Positions 25,824 to 39,300 of a DNA stretch of 64,000 nt are shown here, piece after piece. The translations under genes and the position numbers were made by a program. The stretch comes from Camelus ferus (Eukaryota), in NCBI RefSeq assembly GCF_009834535.1, contig NC_045698.1, positions 13,084,001 to 13,148,000 of the forward strand, read 5' to 3'. The notes beneath the pieces were generated by a model. That model was not told the origin of the DNA. It searched no databases and saw nothing but the letters and a program-made list of their open reading frames with translations. The stretch's first letter is position 1. Each line of letters starts with the position of its first letter.

Positions 25824-26549
25824 TTAATGAATTAGTTACCAGTTTGTAAAATTTGGGAAAGTTGGATTCACATAGTCAAACATTTACAATTGACTGGAAG
25901 AGTCCATTGTATTGTTTGATATTCTAAATCTCCGCTCACCACTTTAAGAAGCCAAGATTCAGAGAGAACAAGAAACTTATGTATGGTTAAAAAAGAAGAA
26001 AAAAGCTCCTTATTGCTAAAGTCAGCATTCCAACTCAGATCTCTGATCTCAACTCTTGTGTTCTTTCCATCAGATCCTGCAAATCCTGCAACCACAGTTT
26101 AGAGATAATGCTACTAAGATTTTCAGAAAATCTGTAATTTGCTCAACATAACACAGCTAGTAATAACAGCCAGAAGCAACTACACAGAAAAGTTCTTTTT
26201 CTACTAAAAGTCAAGCCCTCATCATCATTTCCAGGTGTACTTTTTTCCCCAGCTGAGGGTCCAGTCTTCCTATCTATTGACCCGTAGTCCAGCCAAATCT
26301 ATCCTCCTAATGGATATCGAGACAATGTGTTTGTAGAACCAACCACCACCTTCCAGCTCCTCCTTCCAGTTCTGATGTTCTCTAGTGTTTATCAAATTTC
26401 ATAGTGATCTTCATCTCATGCCAGAAACATGTTCCAAAAGAAAAACATCCTTCCTCATGAACCTCTTCTAGACTCCATACTGTCAAAAAAAAAAAAAAAA
26501 AAAGAGAGAGAGAGAGAGAGAGCCAGTAAAGATCAGTGGCTTCTATTAA

Positions 26550-26855
26550 TATTTACATCCATCCATTATTTCTCAAATAACTGCATCTGGTGGGTACGAG
26601 GAGCTGCTCCAGGCACCGGGGATGTGATGAGCAGACAGTATTTCTGCTCTAAAGAGACTCACTTTGCAGCAGGTGAAGGGGAAGCATAGAGACATTAAAA
26701 AAATTGTTGAAAGAAAATATGTTCTGGAAGTTATGAAGTCAAGATGAGGGACAAGCGCAAGGTGACATGGGTGATAGGATTGGGTGGGGTCCCTGTCGGT
26801 GGTCAGAGGAGGCCTCTTAATGCGACGTTTTGTGACGTGAGAGCTGAGTGTAAAG
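26550..26855 (-). mobile_element. L2 fragment
   Basis: CATCCATCCATT...CTGCTCCAGGCACCGGGGAT...GTGGTCAGAGGAGGCCTCT: antisense L2 3' end. Confidence 0.55.
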
Positions 26856-26859
26856 GATG

Positions 26860-27350
26860 CTGCTCCCTGTGGTTGCCGGCCCAGCATCCTCCTTCCTTCC
26901 TTTCATGCCCTGGCTGTGTTTACGTGCTATGAGATCACGTGCCATGAGGTCCAACCCTTCACCAGGAGATAAATTGTACTTAGTTTAAGCAAATTAGGTA
27001 TTCTCACACACCGTACACAGCCTTAGACAATGAGATGTAAGGGGGCATCACCTGGGCTTTTCCAGAAATTTTTCTTCATTACTGAAAGAGGAGGCGTGCT
27101 CAGAGACTCGGCCATGGGAAGAGGCTGGATGTGGAGAAGCTACCTGTGACCTGTGACCATGAGAGGGGTTTCTTACAGAATGGATGGAAAGGTGGACAGA
27201 GAGAGAAAAAAAAAAAAAAACACCAGTCTCAGTGACATCATCAAGCACTGAATTAATCCAAGAATAGCCTTTATCCAAACTTCCTGCTGTAGAAGAGATA
27301 AACCCCTTCTTGCTCAAAACTTTGTGCCCTAAAAGAGGCTAACTGATAAC
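26860..27350 (+). mobile_element. MLT1-type MaLR LTR
   Basis: GTGACATCATCAAGCACTG...ATAAACCCCTTCTTG...CTAACTGATA 3' end pattern. Confidence 0.55.
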
Positions 27351-28715
27351 AGAAGTCATGCAGTGATGTATGAGTATATGTGGGCATCTTTATGAACACA
27401 CATGGAGTGGCATCCTTATGGGGACCATTACTCTATTATGTACTGACTATAAGCATTTTTTTTTTTTAGGATAAATAGACAGCATGGTATAAAAAAGAAA
27501 TACTAAAGAAGGATTGAATATTTAGGTGATGTGGAGGGACTGGAGCCATAGGACCAAGGAAAACATGAATTGATGACAACAGCTAAAATTATGTGATCTG
27601 GCTTATAATTTCTTACGTTAGAAACTGTCAAGAATCTGAACAATCTCTTAGGTCCAAATATAAATTCTTTCCCCATGTCAGCTGCATTACTTAATTAGTG
27701 TTTATTTCCAAACCCTCAGCAATTAATTTCCATGAGTTTAGTGGGACTATGCCACATTCATAATTATATTTCTTTAAAATATATGTGTATTTAAGAATAA
27801 TTAATTTCACTGAAGATACATGCATATATAAGGAACACCAGTAACTCTTATTCCCGTTCCTACAAAATCTCTGAAGTCACCAAGTGCAAACAGATCAAGA
27901 CAGTCATTTCTGTTTACAAAAGCTGAGGCCTTTTTCCAAATCAAGACCTGTGTCAGCCTTTTCTCTGCAGCATCTGAGAACACCCCCCACCCACCTCCTC
28001 CTTCTGTCTGGAGAGCTAGGGCATCCTTCTCAGGATTACTAATGCTAGTCAACACTGGAAAATAGGGGTATTTATGTGCCATCTACTGGATTTTTTAGAA
28101 AAATGCATTTTCAAATACCCAGATGTTGCCTTTGAAAATTTCAGATATGTAGGCTCTTTTGATTTCTATTTACAGTTCTGCGAAAATTTGAGAGATGCCA
28201 TAATGCTATTAAATTTTGGATGCACAGCTCAGCTTTCTTTGTGACACAGAACTAGATACCATAAGATGATAGAGAGCCATTATCATATCATTTGCAAAAG
28301 TAAGAACATATCTAGATTAGTTCAGGTGTTAGGTGGTCCCTGTCCATGTTAAAATCATTACCCGGGAAGTCATGTCTCCTTTAACTTGCATCACTTTTTG
28401 ACACAAGGACTTTAGTTTACTATAATTAAACAAAATGTTACTTCCTTTGCTTGTAAGTCCAACTCATCATATACATGATCTTTATGGCTGCCTAAGCTTC
28501 AACTGCATCCTTGAAATTTGTGAGTTTCCGGTGTAATATCTATATTTTCATCAACCTTTCTACAAAAAAAAGCTCAGTTGCACTAAGTCAAAAATAACAA
28601 TAATAATGGTCTTTTTCTGGGTCTTTATTCATTGAGGTGTAGCATCAAGAAATTTAGATCAAGTATTCTAGACCCCATGTACTTTTGTTTTAGATAAAAC
28701 AATATGTATATGGAA

Positions 28716-28723
28716 AGATAGAC

Positions 28724-28771
<48 letters not shown>
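28716..28771. repeat. (GATA)n tetranucleotide microsatellite
   Basis: Direct reading. Confidence 0.95.
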
Positions 28772-30129
28772 CGATCTTTGCTATGTGAAACATATTGTTA
28801 AAAAAGTAAAAAGATTATCCATAGACTGAGATGTTTAAACCACTTTTCTCACAAAGTACGTGTATCCAGAATTAAGAACACCAAAACTCAATAATAAAAA
28901 AACAAACAACCCAAATAAAAAGAATGAACAAACTATCTAAATAGACACTTCATCAGATAAGGCTTACTGATGGCAAAAAGCACATGAAATAATTATTCAA
29001 AAAATTATTCATTGGGCAAATGGATGTGGAAACAAAGCTGATATTCTACTACACACTTGGACTGTTTAATTAAAAAACAATGACAATAACAAAGTGATGG
29101 TGAGAATATGGGCCACCTACACCCTTCTTATATACTGAGGCTGTGAATGCAAAATGGCACTTTGTGGAAAACAATATGGTAATTTATCACAGAGTTAAAC
29201 ATACATGTTCATATGACCCAGCAATCCCACTTATTGGTGTTTTCTCAAGGTAAATGAAAACTTATGTTCACACAAAATCTAAATACACATGTTTACAGCA
29301 GCATTATTCATAATCAAACAAAAATTATATACAACCCATACGGTTTTCATTTGTTGGATAAATAAAGGAGGTTTAACACATCCATACAAAGAAATATTAT
29401 TCTGCAATTAAAAAGGAAGAATGGATTATTGATTCATCAAAGAATTTATCTAAATTTATTTTGCTATGTGAAAGACTCAAGAGCTACATATTATTTGTTT
29501 CAATTTAAATAACTTGGAAAAGGCAAAACTGTGGAAACAGAAAAAATCAGGTTTCACCAGGGGTGGAGGGAGGGTGTGGTTTAAGACGAGCATCAGAAGG
29601 CGATACCTGTGGTGTAGAACTTTCCTGCAGCACAGCTCTGGCGAATAAGACTACACATTTGTCAAGACCAACTGAACTCCACAAAGAGCTAATTTTACTC
29701 TATGTAAATTAAAAAAAAAAACAGAATATGAAAAGAATACAAAATATAATATAAGACATATAAAAAAACAGAAGCATACTGAGAGTGGGGAAGAAAATAT
29801 GTAACCTAAGTAACTTTGGAAACCAGAATTTTGATGGGATGCTCTAAGACAATAGAAAGAGAAACATTAAAAACACTAAAAAAAAAAAAAACCCACTAAA
29901 AAACATATAAGATCTACATTTGGGTTAATAAATCTGTTTTTTTCCAGGAGTATGAGTATGGGAATCCTGAAAACTATGTTTTGCATATACTAAGATGGAA
30001 AAAGTAAATAAGTATCTTGTATGTAATGAGAGACAGATTTCTTACTTTTAGATAAGGCAGATAGAAATAAGGAAAGGGGAAGTCTAGAACCAACCCTAAG
30101 TAGATATGGAATCAGAGGTGTCATTAAAA

Positions 30130-30263
30130 GCTTGATTGTTTGAGATCTTCTGCCAGAGTTCAGTAGGTATTCTGTGAGAACTGTTTCACATGTAGACGTA
30201 TTTTGGACGTACGTATTTGTGGGAGAAAGTGAGCTCCACATTGTTCTATTCCACCATCTTGAA
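30130..30263 (-). mobile_element. Isolated 5' end of a cetartiodactyl L1
   Basis: Reverse complement begins CAAGATGGTGGAATAG...GTGGAGCTCAC..CTCCCACAAATAC...TCTACATGTG; flanks GTCATTAAAA/GTCTTTAAAA. Confidence 0.7.
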
Positions 30264-30304
30264 GTCTTTAAAAAACCTATGTTTTAAAATTATAGATGAT
30301 GGAT

Positions 30305-30356
<52 letters not shown>
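30305..30356. repeat. (GATA)n microsatellite
   Basis: Direct reading. Confidence 0.95.
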
Positions 30357-30357
<1 letters not shown>

Positions 30358-30604
30358 ATGTCTGTGTATGTATTGGTTGGTATAGATTCATACATGGTCT
30401 CAGGTCTAAATTCAATGATACTCTAGTTGCAATGAGCATACCTAGAGCCCAAATCTTTGCTTCTAAATATTACTCTCCATTTAAAGGATCCAGGATTGCT
30501 TAGGGAACTGGTAGATTCCAGGCCTAGAGCAGGGTAAATATAAGATAAATGTGAGAAGAAGATGTAGTTCTGAAAAGTAAAGAATTACTCAAAATAATAA
30601 AATG

Positions 30605-30748
30605 TTCACTATGAGGTGATGAATGTGTTAATTATCTTGACCTTGGTAATCATATCACAATATGTATGTATAACAAATCATCATGTTATATACTTCAAAT
30701 ATACACAATTATATTTGTTAATTATCACCAATAAAGTACAAAAAAAAA
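30605..30748 (+). mobile_element. L1MA-type 3' terminus nested in older L1
   Basis: GAGGTGATGAATGTGTTAATTATCTTGA...AAATCATCATGTTATATAC...AATAAAGTACAAAAAAAAA. Confidence 0.75.
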
Positions 30749-32052
30749 GAGGAAAGGGAATAAATGTTGAAAGAGCTTAGAAGCCAACCTGTAAAAGCTC
30801 CCAATAGGCAAAGTTGGAATGATTTAAGCATTAAAATAAATATAATAATATTGGATAAAATCCACAGAGTGAAGTAAGCATTTGTAAGTTCACATTGGTA
30901 AAAGTAAATACTTAAATAATTCAATGAGGAAGAAGGGACAGCTCTCCCTCTCAGAAGAACTTTAATGAATATGGAAAAAAATGAAGGAAATAGTGAAGGA
31001 AAAGAAAATCACCATTAACAGAACATTGAATTTTGCAGTCAGTTTCTACAAATGGATGCTAAACTTAATGGTGAGAAAAATTAATTACAAAAAAAAAGAT
31101 GGTGAGAAAAATTGGGTTACTTATTAATTACGAAGGGAGAAACAGGAATTACCAGTAGAGAAACCCAGCAGACACCAGATTAACTAAATGGTCAAGGTCA
31201 GGCCGTCAATATCAACATCACAATCTCCTGGGCTGAGGTACTCAGAAGGATGAATCATTTTTGTGATATTCTTGCTCCAAACGCATAACCATAGTTGAAG
31301 CATGAGAGAAATAAGACTAACCCAAATTGCAGGGCATTCTACAAAATAATGTACTTCAACTCTTCAAAAATGTCAAGGTCATGAAAAAGCAAGAAAACAC
31401 AGAACACTTTCATACATTGGAGATTGAGGAGACATGACAACTAAATGCAGTGTGGGATCCTGGAACTGAAAAAACTAAAGTGGAAATACTGTGGAATCCA
31501 AGCAAGTCTTCAGTTTAGTTCACTATGTCCATGTTGACGATTTAGTTTTACTAAAAGTACTATGTTATGCAAGATCCAATATCAGGAAAAGCTAAATGAA
31601 ATACATATGGGAACTTATTGTACAAGTTTTATAATTTTTCTGTAAATCTAAATTATTCCAAAATAAAACTGAAATACTATACTTTTTTTTTACAGGTAAC
31701 TGTCTTAATATTTATCTATCAAAATTTGTGTGTGTATGTTTACTTTAAATTTAGTCAGGTACATGTTTTTGGACATTTCATCTCATTTTTTACACTTTGA
31801 TGTTGCAATATTTGTTTTTTATATTTCAGATACTTTTGTCATTATTTTTCATTCAGATGTTACTTTTTAACTTCTCTCAATTTTTCCTAATTGTTTGCAA
31901 AGGTCAGTCAGACACATCAGCTTTTTAAAAACAACCTTCCATTTTGTTCTCCATCTGTTTAACACATTTTGACATATTTATTGGTTGTGCTATATACCAT
32001 TATCTTTAGGTTTTTCTTTTTTCTTTTTCCTGTCCTCTTAAATTTGTCAACA

Positions 32053-32398
32053 TGAGAGGTAAACTGAGGCAAGCTCAAATTACCAGAAGTTGAGTTCATT
32101 TGGGAATGGCAGGGGGACTGCGATTCAGGAAATGGACGCCATAACCAGTTGCAAGAAAATCCGTGGAGCATTTGGGGTGGGGTGGGCTGGAATTGTAGGA
32201 GCAGAGCTGATAAGGGGAAGTCCAGACAGAGTCCAAACAGTGAGTTCATGGGCTTAAGGATGGGAAGGGATTCTTGGGATATTCTTTGGTCAGGACATAT
32301 GTGTCCATCTTCTGTAAATCAGGCGTTTACAGGAAATCTATCTCTCAGTTCTTAAGTTCTGTTCTTCTGAGGGTGCCTGAATGAGATTCTCTATTTCA
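32053..32398 (-). mobile_element. Probable short ERV LTR
   Basis: TGAGAGGTAAACTGAGGCA start, ends TTTCA; GC shift against the flanks. Confidence 0.45.
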
Positions 32399-32499
32399 TA
32401 TTATCTGGTTCCAAGTTAGATTGACAGCTCCACAAATTAAAACAAATGTTCCTACAAATCGTTCTTTTTTTTTTTTATAATCCACAGCATTTAATAAAT

Positions 32500-34375
32500 A
32501 TATTCCATTTGTAATCTTTAAAGCAGGCAGAATTTAAGAACGTATTTTTGAAATTCCCAAGTATTTGGCCTTTTTGTTATTATTTTTCTAACTCCTGTAT
32601 TTGATTCCTCAATTTATAATACTGTGGTTAGTGAACATGGCTTAAATGTATCATTTTGAGGAATATATTAAGATTTTCTTTTTCACCAATGACATGTTCT
32701 CTTTGGCGATATTTCCCTTGTATTTGTTAATACACATGTAATGTTTTTTTAATGTGTTTATTATCTTCTTTGTAGTTTTGTACTTGATTTTTCTTTTCTG
32801 AGAGCTGTATTTAAAGACATTCACAATGCTTACTAGTCTGTCAGCTTCTAATTCTACTTTTGGTTCATTTCTGACTTTTATAGTTTGAGGTTATATTATG
32901 TTTCAGATGTACAGGTTTATGATTCTTACAGCTTCTTGATGGTTTTGTTTGTTTTGTTTTCCAGACTTGAGTTTTCCAAAAATTGGCTGAGTCTATAATT
33001 CTGGCTAAGATTTTTAAAAATACACTTTACCCTCCACTCTTTGTATGTATATTATGCTACAGTCTTCTTCTAGACAGCGTTGCTGATAAGAAGTCTGATG
33101 TCAGTCTGGCTCTTGTTTTGCTCTGGGAAGTTTTTTTTTCTTCCTTGGAAGCTCCTAGATTTTTTTGCCCTCTCTTATCACTTAGTCCTTCAGGATCTGG
33201 TATTTGTCCAGGTGCTGGCTGTTTTCTCTTTTATATCTGGCTTGGCCTTCAGTGGACTGTTTCAATCTAAGTACCTAGATATTAGTTCCTCAGAATTCGT
33301 GGCTATGCTGCTTTTAAAAAAAATACCTCCGTCTCCCCATTTCTCTTCTCTAGTTCCGTACAGAGGCAGATGCTAGGACTTGCGAGTGTGATTTATGTAA
33401 CTCGAGTTTTCTTTTTGCCTTTCCTCCTCTTTATCACTTTTGTATTGCATCCCAGGAAAACTAGTCAGCATGATCTTTTATGTGATCATTGTTTTTATTC
33501 TTATCCACCCATTCAGACCACCCATTAAACTTTAAAAGGTTATGGGCAATGCATGTGTACATATAAATACTGATATACAACATCTACAATGTTTTTAGTT
33601 GGCAGCCTTATCTTATTTCTTGAATGTGCCCTCCTCAATTACCTTTCTGAACATATTAATGATTCTTAAACTAGTGCCATATTTTGTTTTCTACTGATTC
33701 TTTTTTTAGAGATATGGGATCTCCTCCTTCTTACCCTTGTTTGCCAATTTTGTCTTTGCCTAAATATCTGTTGGTTCGTGACCTTGCCCTTCTGTTGGCA
33801 GTGACATTGTCTCTGCCATCTTTGTGTACAGCCTGTGGCCATGTTTGGGAAACACTGTTATTTTTAACATCCTCACCTGAGGCGTGATAGTTTAAGAGCA
33901 TACCAAGAATGAAATACGTTAGTCGCTATTTTTCTGCATGCGAGTGCTCTTATTCCTCCCGTGGGTCACCACGCATCAGGGACAATGTCCTATCCTTCTG
34001 GGCTTCTTTTGCTTTTGTTGCAGGCAGAACCTTGCTCCTTCTCCCCAGACCAAGGGCAGAAGCCGTCCGTCACGTTGCTGCCTGACCTTGGGGACTGTCT
34101 GGTTCTCTGCGTCCATCCATCTCCTCCACGAACCGAATACCTTTGTCGCTGTGCCCACTGTTAGTGGCTGCGCTCAGCTGTCAATTCTAAGCTGCTAGTT
34201 TCCTCTCCTGTATTACCTCCCACGTGCCAGATTCCACTTCCTGTTTGCCAGTTTGGCTCTCCACGAACATATGCCTGTGTGGTTGCGCAGAGGTGTTTTC
34301 ATGCTTTCTATTGTTGCTGCAGATTTTCTAGGAATGGAGAAATCTCACAATGTGTTCAGATCATCGTCTCCAAGC
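32500..34375 (-). mobile_element. Old fragmented L1 (ORF2 start/ORF1/5'UTR)
   Basis: GTTGCTGATAAGAAGTCTGATGTCAGTCTG and other antisense ORF1 motifs in a T-rich tract. Confidence 0.6.
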
Positions 34376-35702
34376 AAATATTATAGTTTGTTTTGAGTCG
34401 ATCTGTATTCTTATGTGCTGTTTTTTGTAGATCAAAAACAATTGAATGATAGCAACTTCATACAGTGCTACCCAATAATTTACTAACCACACCCTGCTTG
34501 GAGCACAGCTTTTGCGTGTGGTTGGAGTGTCTTACCTCAGTCATTATGTAGCAAAAATGAGTCCTGCCATTGTGTATTACCCACTGTTTTATTTTCTGAA
34601 GTGGTCATTTGTTCCTTTTGCAGAATAAGTTCTCAAAAAAGTGCAGCAATGAAACACAGTATCAATTCTTTCCAGGTATCTTTGAGGAGGTGTCTCAGTT
34701 GGATCTCCGCACTTGGGATACGGTTTTCTCCAAAATGAGAACAAATTGAGCAGGTGTGGTCTTACTGCCTGCGGCTAAGTGGGGTAACTGGCTGTGGCAG
34801 GTTATATGTGATTAGATCCACGATGTCTTTGGGAATACATCGGCTTCAGTTTACCAAGTTTCCTGGGGCTGCAAATGTGAGGGGCTCCTATTTTCCATGG
34901 GATGTTCTGTGATTGTACTAATTATGCACTAATGCAGGAAATAGTTCACTATCTCAACTTGTAAAAATTCTAGGTTGTCCCAACCAGAGATAATTCCTCT
35001 GTCACTTCCTATAAAGTTTGTTGTCTTGCAGGTACAAGGATCTTAGGCACTCTTGGTCTTCCTCCTGCAGCCTTGGGTTTCAGCCTTATCTGGCTTTCCA
35101 TTCAATTTGGGGGAAACTTTCCCAGCACATCCTTCCCGGGAGAGTAACACCTCACACGTACCTGGCCCTCCCTCCCCACATCCAGGGAACCCGAGACAAC
35201 AGTGTACATATTTTTCACTGGGTTTTCTAGTAACTTCTTTCCACTTCTCTGGGTCTCACTAAAGATGTGGGACACTGGAGCCTGGGAAATCCAGGGAAAT
35301 CTAGTAGTACCTATTGCTCCCTCAGCTCAGAAGATGCAGAGGCCCTGGCTTCAAGACTGGGCTCTTAAGCAACTGCAAATGGTGCCGTCACATTATTTTG
35401 GGCAACTTGTAGCCTTGAAGAATAAATTTCTGATGACATTTGCTTGGAGTTATTGTCATCTTCCCCTTTTATCTCTGTTGGCATCCATTGAATGATCTAA
35501 TTAAAATCATTCCAGAAATAGAAAAAAATCATTATTTAACATAGCTTTTAATTTGGAATTTTTCATTTTCTCATAAAAGTCACTTATTTTTCAAGTAGAA
35601 AGTGATTTTTAGACCCAGAGCTCCAAGCTTACAGTTTCCATTGCCAGAAGTGGATTTTCTGATTATAAAACAACATGAACAACAGTACTGCTAACACAAC
35701 TG

Positions 35703-36940
35703 TAGAGCAAATTCAGGAACCGTGGGAGCCTGAGGTTCATACAGTATTAAGTGTTTTCCTCAAGGAAAATGATACAAAGTAACAACCAGAAAGTTAAACT
35801 AGAAATGAAAATATTTATGATGAGAAAAGAAATAAGGATTACAATTTGTCAAAAACAGACCAAAAAAATCACTAAATCCAGATAATTATTTTAATATTTT
35901 TATTAATCAAAAAATTTTTAGTCAACATTTTAATTTTTAAAATTTCAATATTTTTCAGACCTCTCCATACTTTTCTCTCCTAATTCCTTGGCTCGAGACA
36001 CCTTTATAAACTTATTATCTGGTAATTATCATGTATTATCATACTTGATAATAATTTATTTTTTATCATTGCTAGTTTAGAAAGTTTTCTTTCACTTTCC
36101 CACCTTTTTATTGGAAACATCAGATATAATTTTAGGATTGACAATTCAAGAGAACATGTATTAGGTTTTTTTCACGTGTGAGCCGTTTTGATGTGGGTGG
36201 CAGGTTATGCAATTCCTTACAGGAATTCCAGTTCATCCTGTTGTGCAATATTCCCATCAGAAAAGATTGTTTTAAATGTCTAGCACATTCTGTTATGCAC
36301 CTTATTTTGAAATATATTTCTAGGACAAGTGAGCTTCCATTTTGAGAGGTTTTGTTGAGAAATGAATCCACCCCGTTTTTCCATTGCCGATAACAAGGAA
36401 CATTTTCTGCAGGCTGCATCGGACTCCCTCCGTTCCAAGTCTGGTTGCTCTCTCACTGCCCTCGCACACCTGGGGGCTGCAGGGCATGTCTCACATCACA
36501 CAGCATCCTCGGGGCTAGCACTGGCATGCCCCATGCGCAGTGAGTTGGCACAGGAATATTGGCTTGTCCGTGGCAGCCCTTACCCAGTGGAGCCAAGCGA
36601 TAAATTCACTCTGCTCAGAACTGTGAACTCTGTAAATACTCTCCACTAAACCCAAACTAAGTGTACCCCCAAATCCGTCCCTCCTTTATTGCATTTCAGT
36701 TATACTTACGGTCATTCAGCAGTAGTGGACAGGAGAGGAAGGATGCAGAAAAGTAGGGGTTAAGTGTCAGGAAACGATAGACTTAGTCTAGTTTAAAAAT
36801 TTACGAAATTACAAATATACAAAAAAAGTCATGGTCATATCATATCATCCCTGCTGGGGTCTCTCCTCGGGCCTTTAAAGGAGCCTGTACAGGTAAGGGG
36901 TCTGAAGCTTGCTGGGCTCGGTACCCTCATGGCAACACAC
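35703..36940. mobile_element. hAT-Tip100 (Zaphod/MER115-like) DNA transposon relic
   Basis: The 5' end ..CCGTGGGAGCCTGAGGTTCATACA..AAGGAAAATGATACAAA and the 3' end GCCTGTACAGGTAAGGGGTCTGAAGCTT recall this family's termini. Confidence 0.5.
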
Positions 36941-38113
36941 TTGAGTTAAAGCAAGGTTACTTGGATTTAAATACTAAGATTTTACTTTTGCCTTTGTGTT
37001 GTGTCTCCTCATTCTTACCCTCATTTATTTTACTTATAGAAAGAGTGTTTCAGTAAGAGTTAATCACACAGACTATAAAAATTCAGCCAAAGGGAATGTC
37101 GTCGGCTCTTTTTAAAGGCGGTGATTTATACGCCTCAAACAACTCTCTTCAGATTCTGGAATTCTTATATTACACTGGCTGCCCCACAGCAAGGTAGGTA
37201 GGGATTTGTTACTATTGGCTGGAGCTCTGGCAGGTCTGGAAAGCTCCCTACTAAGGCTACGTCATTAATAGATTGTAGAAGGTTTGAAAGAACACCCGAG
37301 GAATTTGGGGAAACTCCAGGGGTACCATTGCGCTGTCCTGAATTAAAGCACTGGTGAGGCCTGTGTGATCATTATTGTGATGAGGAGCAAAGACCATTCA
37401 CTCTACTGATGACTGTGTGGTTATTACAAACGACCAGCATTATTCCAACTGTGGGATCCCTTTCAGTTCATACAGTTAGACCGTATTTGACTACAATGAT
37501 CATACAGATATAATTTAACAAAGCATACTTCTACCCGTTCCAGACTTTTGAACAGTATTGTGGGTTTACAAACAGCTTGATGTGACATGATTCCTGATGG
37601 CCTGTGGCAACGTGAAATGTTTGAAAAGAATGTGGAAAACGTGTATCTAATTTCAGAACTGAAGTTTAAGATCATGCTGGTATTGTAGTGGTGTTTTTTT
37701 TTCCTTTTTTTTCCTGGATTGCATATGATCTTTGCAGATCCCTTAATCCTCTGGAATCTCTTACTCTCTTCTAATAGGATCTACATTTTTGCAAAAGCTG
37801 CCTATTCAAGGCTATCACCAAAGAAGTATTTTTCTGCTTGTGACACAATGGGAATTGAATTATACCCCCGAATAATGAATATTCCACTTTGCTCAAAGCT
37901 CTCTTCTGTATTATGGAAAATTAGATTCGCTTTCTTAACTCTCAGAATCGTCTAACTAATGGAAGATACATCATGGCACAAAGGAGGGCCTGCGTTCTCA
38001 ATAGGTGTTTATGTTGTTTAAAAAAAATTCAGAGTAAAGAAAAGGAAGACAGAAAGAAAATGCATTTAATAATATTCAACATTAGCCCTTTTTCTCTCAT
38101 TTTCTCCACAATC

Positions 38114-38115
38114 TG

Positions 38116-38148
<33 letters not shown>

Positions 38149-38165
38149 TACACACACATACACAT
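38114..38165. repeat. Compound (TC)n(CA)n microsatellite
   Basis: Direct reading. Confidence 0.9.
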
Positions 38166-38379
38166 ACATGCAGTCACATGTAATTCTGGATCAATAAAAC
38201 AGTGCTCGCTAGCCGCACTATTGTTTATATTTACTGGAAGTAAAAGTCAATGTGAGGTGTCAAAAGAAAAATCACAAACTAAAGAGTAGGAACAAAAAAA
38301 GAAGTCAAATTATTGACTGCATCTGATTTTATTTCATACCTTAAAACTCTTAAACAATCACTGCAGAAGGGCGGGGACA

Positions 38380-39300
38380 TACCAGAACAACAAAATATCA
38401 TTAGAACAAATAAGAAAAGCCAGCAAGACCAATGGATAAATATAAGTGGCAATTTTACTATTTCTGGAAATACCAAACTAAAAATATAATGGAATCAATA
38501 TTTCTATTTGTAACAAGGAGAGAAATACAATAAATGAAAATAAGTCTAACAAGATATGGGCAAAACCAATATGAAGCCTGAAATAGATCTGAATAGTTAA
38601 TGAAACAAATAGAATAGAACTTGGTTTTAGATATGGAAATTGAGGATTGTGTTATCAGTTCTCCTCAGTTAATCTCTATCTTCCGTGTGACTCTCAAGTT
38701 CATTTGCAAACATTAAATACTAGATCATCACACTATCATGAGGAAGAGATGTAAAATGTGAGATTAGTAGTAGAAAATATTAAACAAGAAATTATTACGA
38801 TTAAAACTGTTTGCTACTAAAAACTAAACAGACACACAGCTTAATGGTCATATGGAAACTAGCAAGAAATCAGCATAGGAGATTTAATCTGAAATGTCTT
38901 ATCAGTGGGGAAATATAGTTTACTTTTCTACCTGCTTCTTAATTCTAAGTAAACATTTTAAAATGAATTCATAGACACTTGAAGAAAAAAAATAGATGAG
39001 TAGGTGTGTGAAAATCTTTCTTTAGCATAATCATGTCTAGAAGCCCCACAAATACACACGCGTGTGGGCAGTTCAGTGACTTGGACGACCTCGACACTTG
39101 TGTATAGCAAAAAAGACTACAGGCAAAGTTAACACGTGTTGGAACAAAGCTGTGATTTCTACAGTTTATCAATAACGAGAGCAATTATTCTCATCCCTGT
39201 GTGTACTTTAGAAATAAAAATAACTTCAAAGTAAAAAATACATGCAGAAATTATTTGTAAGACAGGTAATAAATGCACCCAAAAAATTTTCTGAGATTCA
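38380..39300 (+). mobile_element. Very old L1ME-type ORF2 remnant
   Basis: AATAAGTCTAACAAGATATGGGCAAAACC, TCAGTTCTCCTCAGTTAATCT and similar ORF2-like motifs. Confidence 0.55.

Larger units (their letters stand above)
28775..31675 (+). mobile_element. L1MC/MD-type LINE ORF2 end plus long 3'UTR, with nested inserts
   Basis: AATAGACACTTCATC, CATATGACCCAGCAATCCCACTT, AAAACTTATGTTCACACAAA; 3' end TTTTTCTGTAAATCTAAATTATTCCAAAATAAAA at about 31635-31670. Confidence 0.85.
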
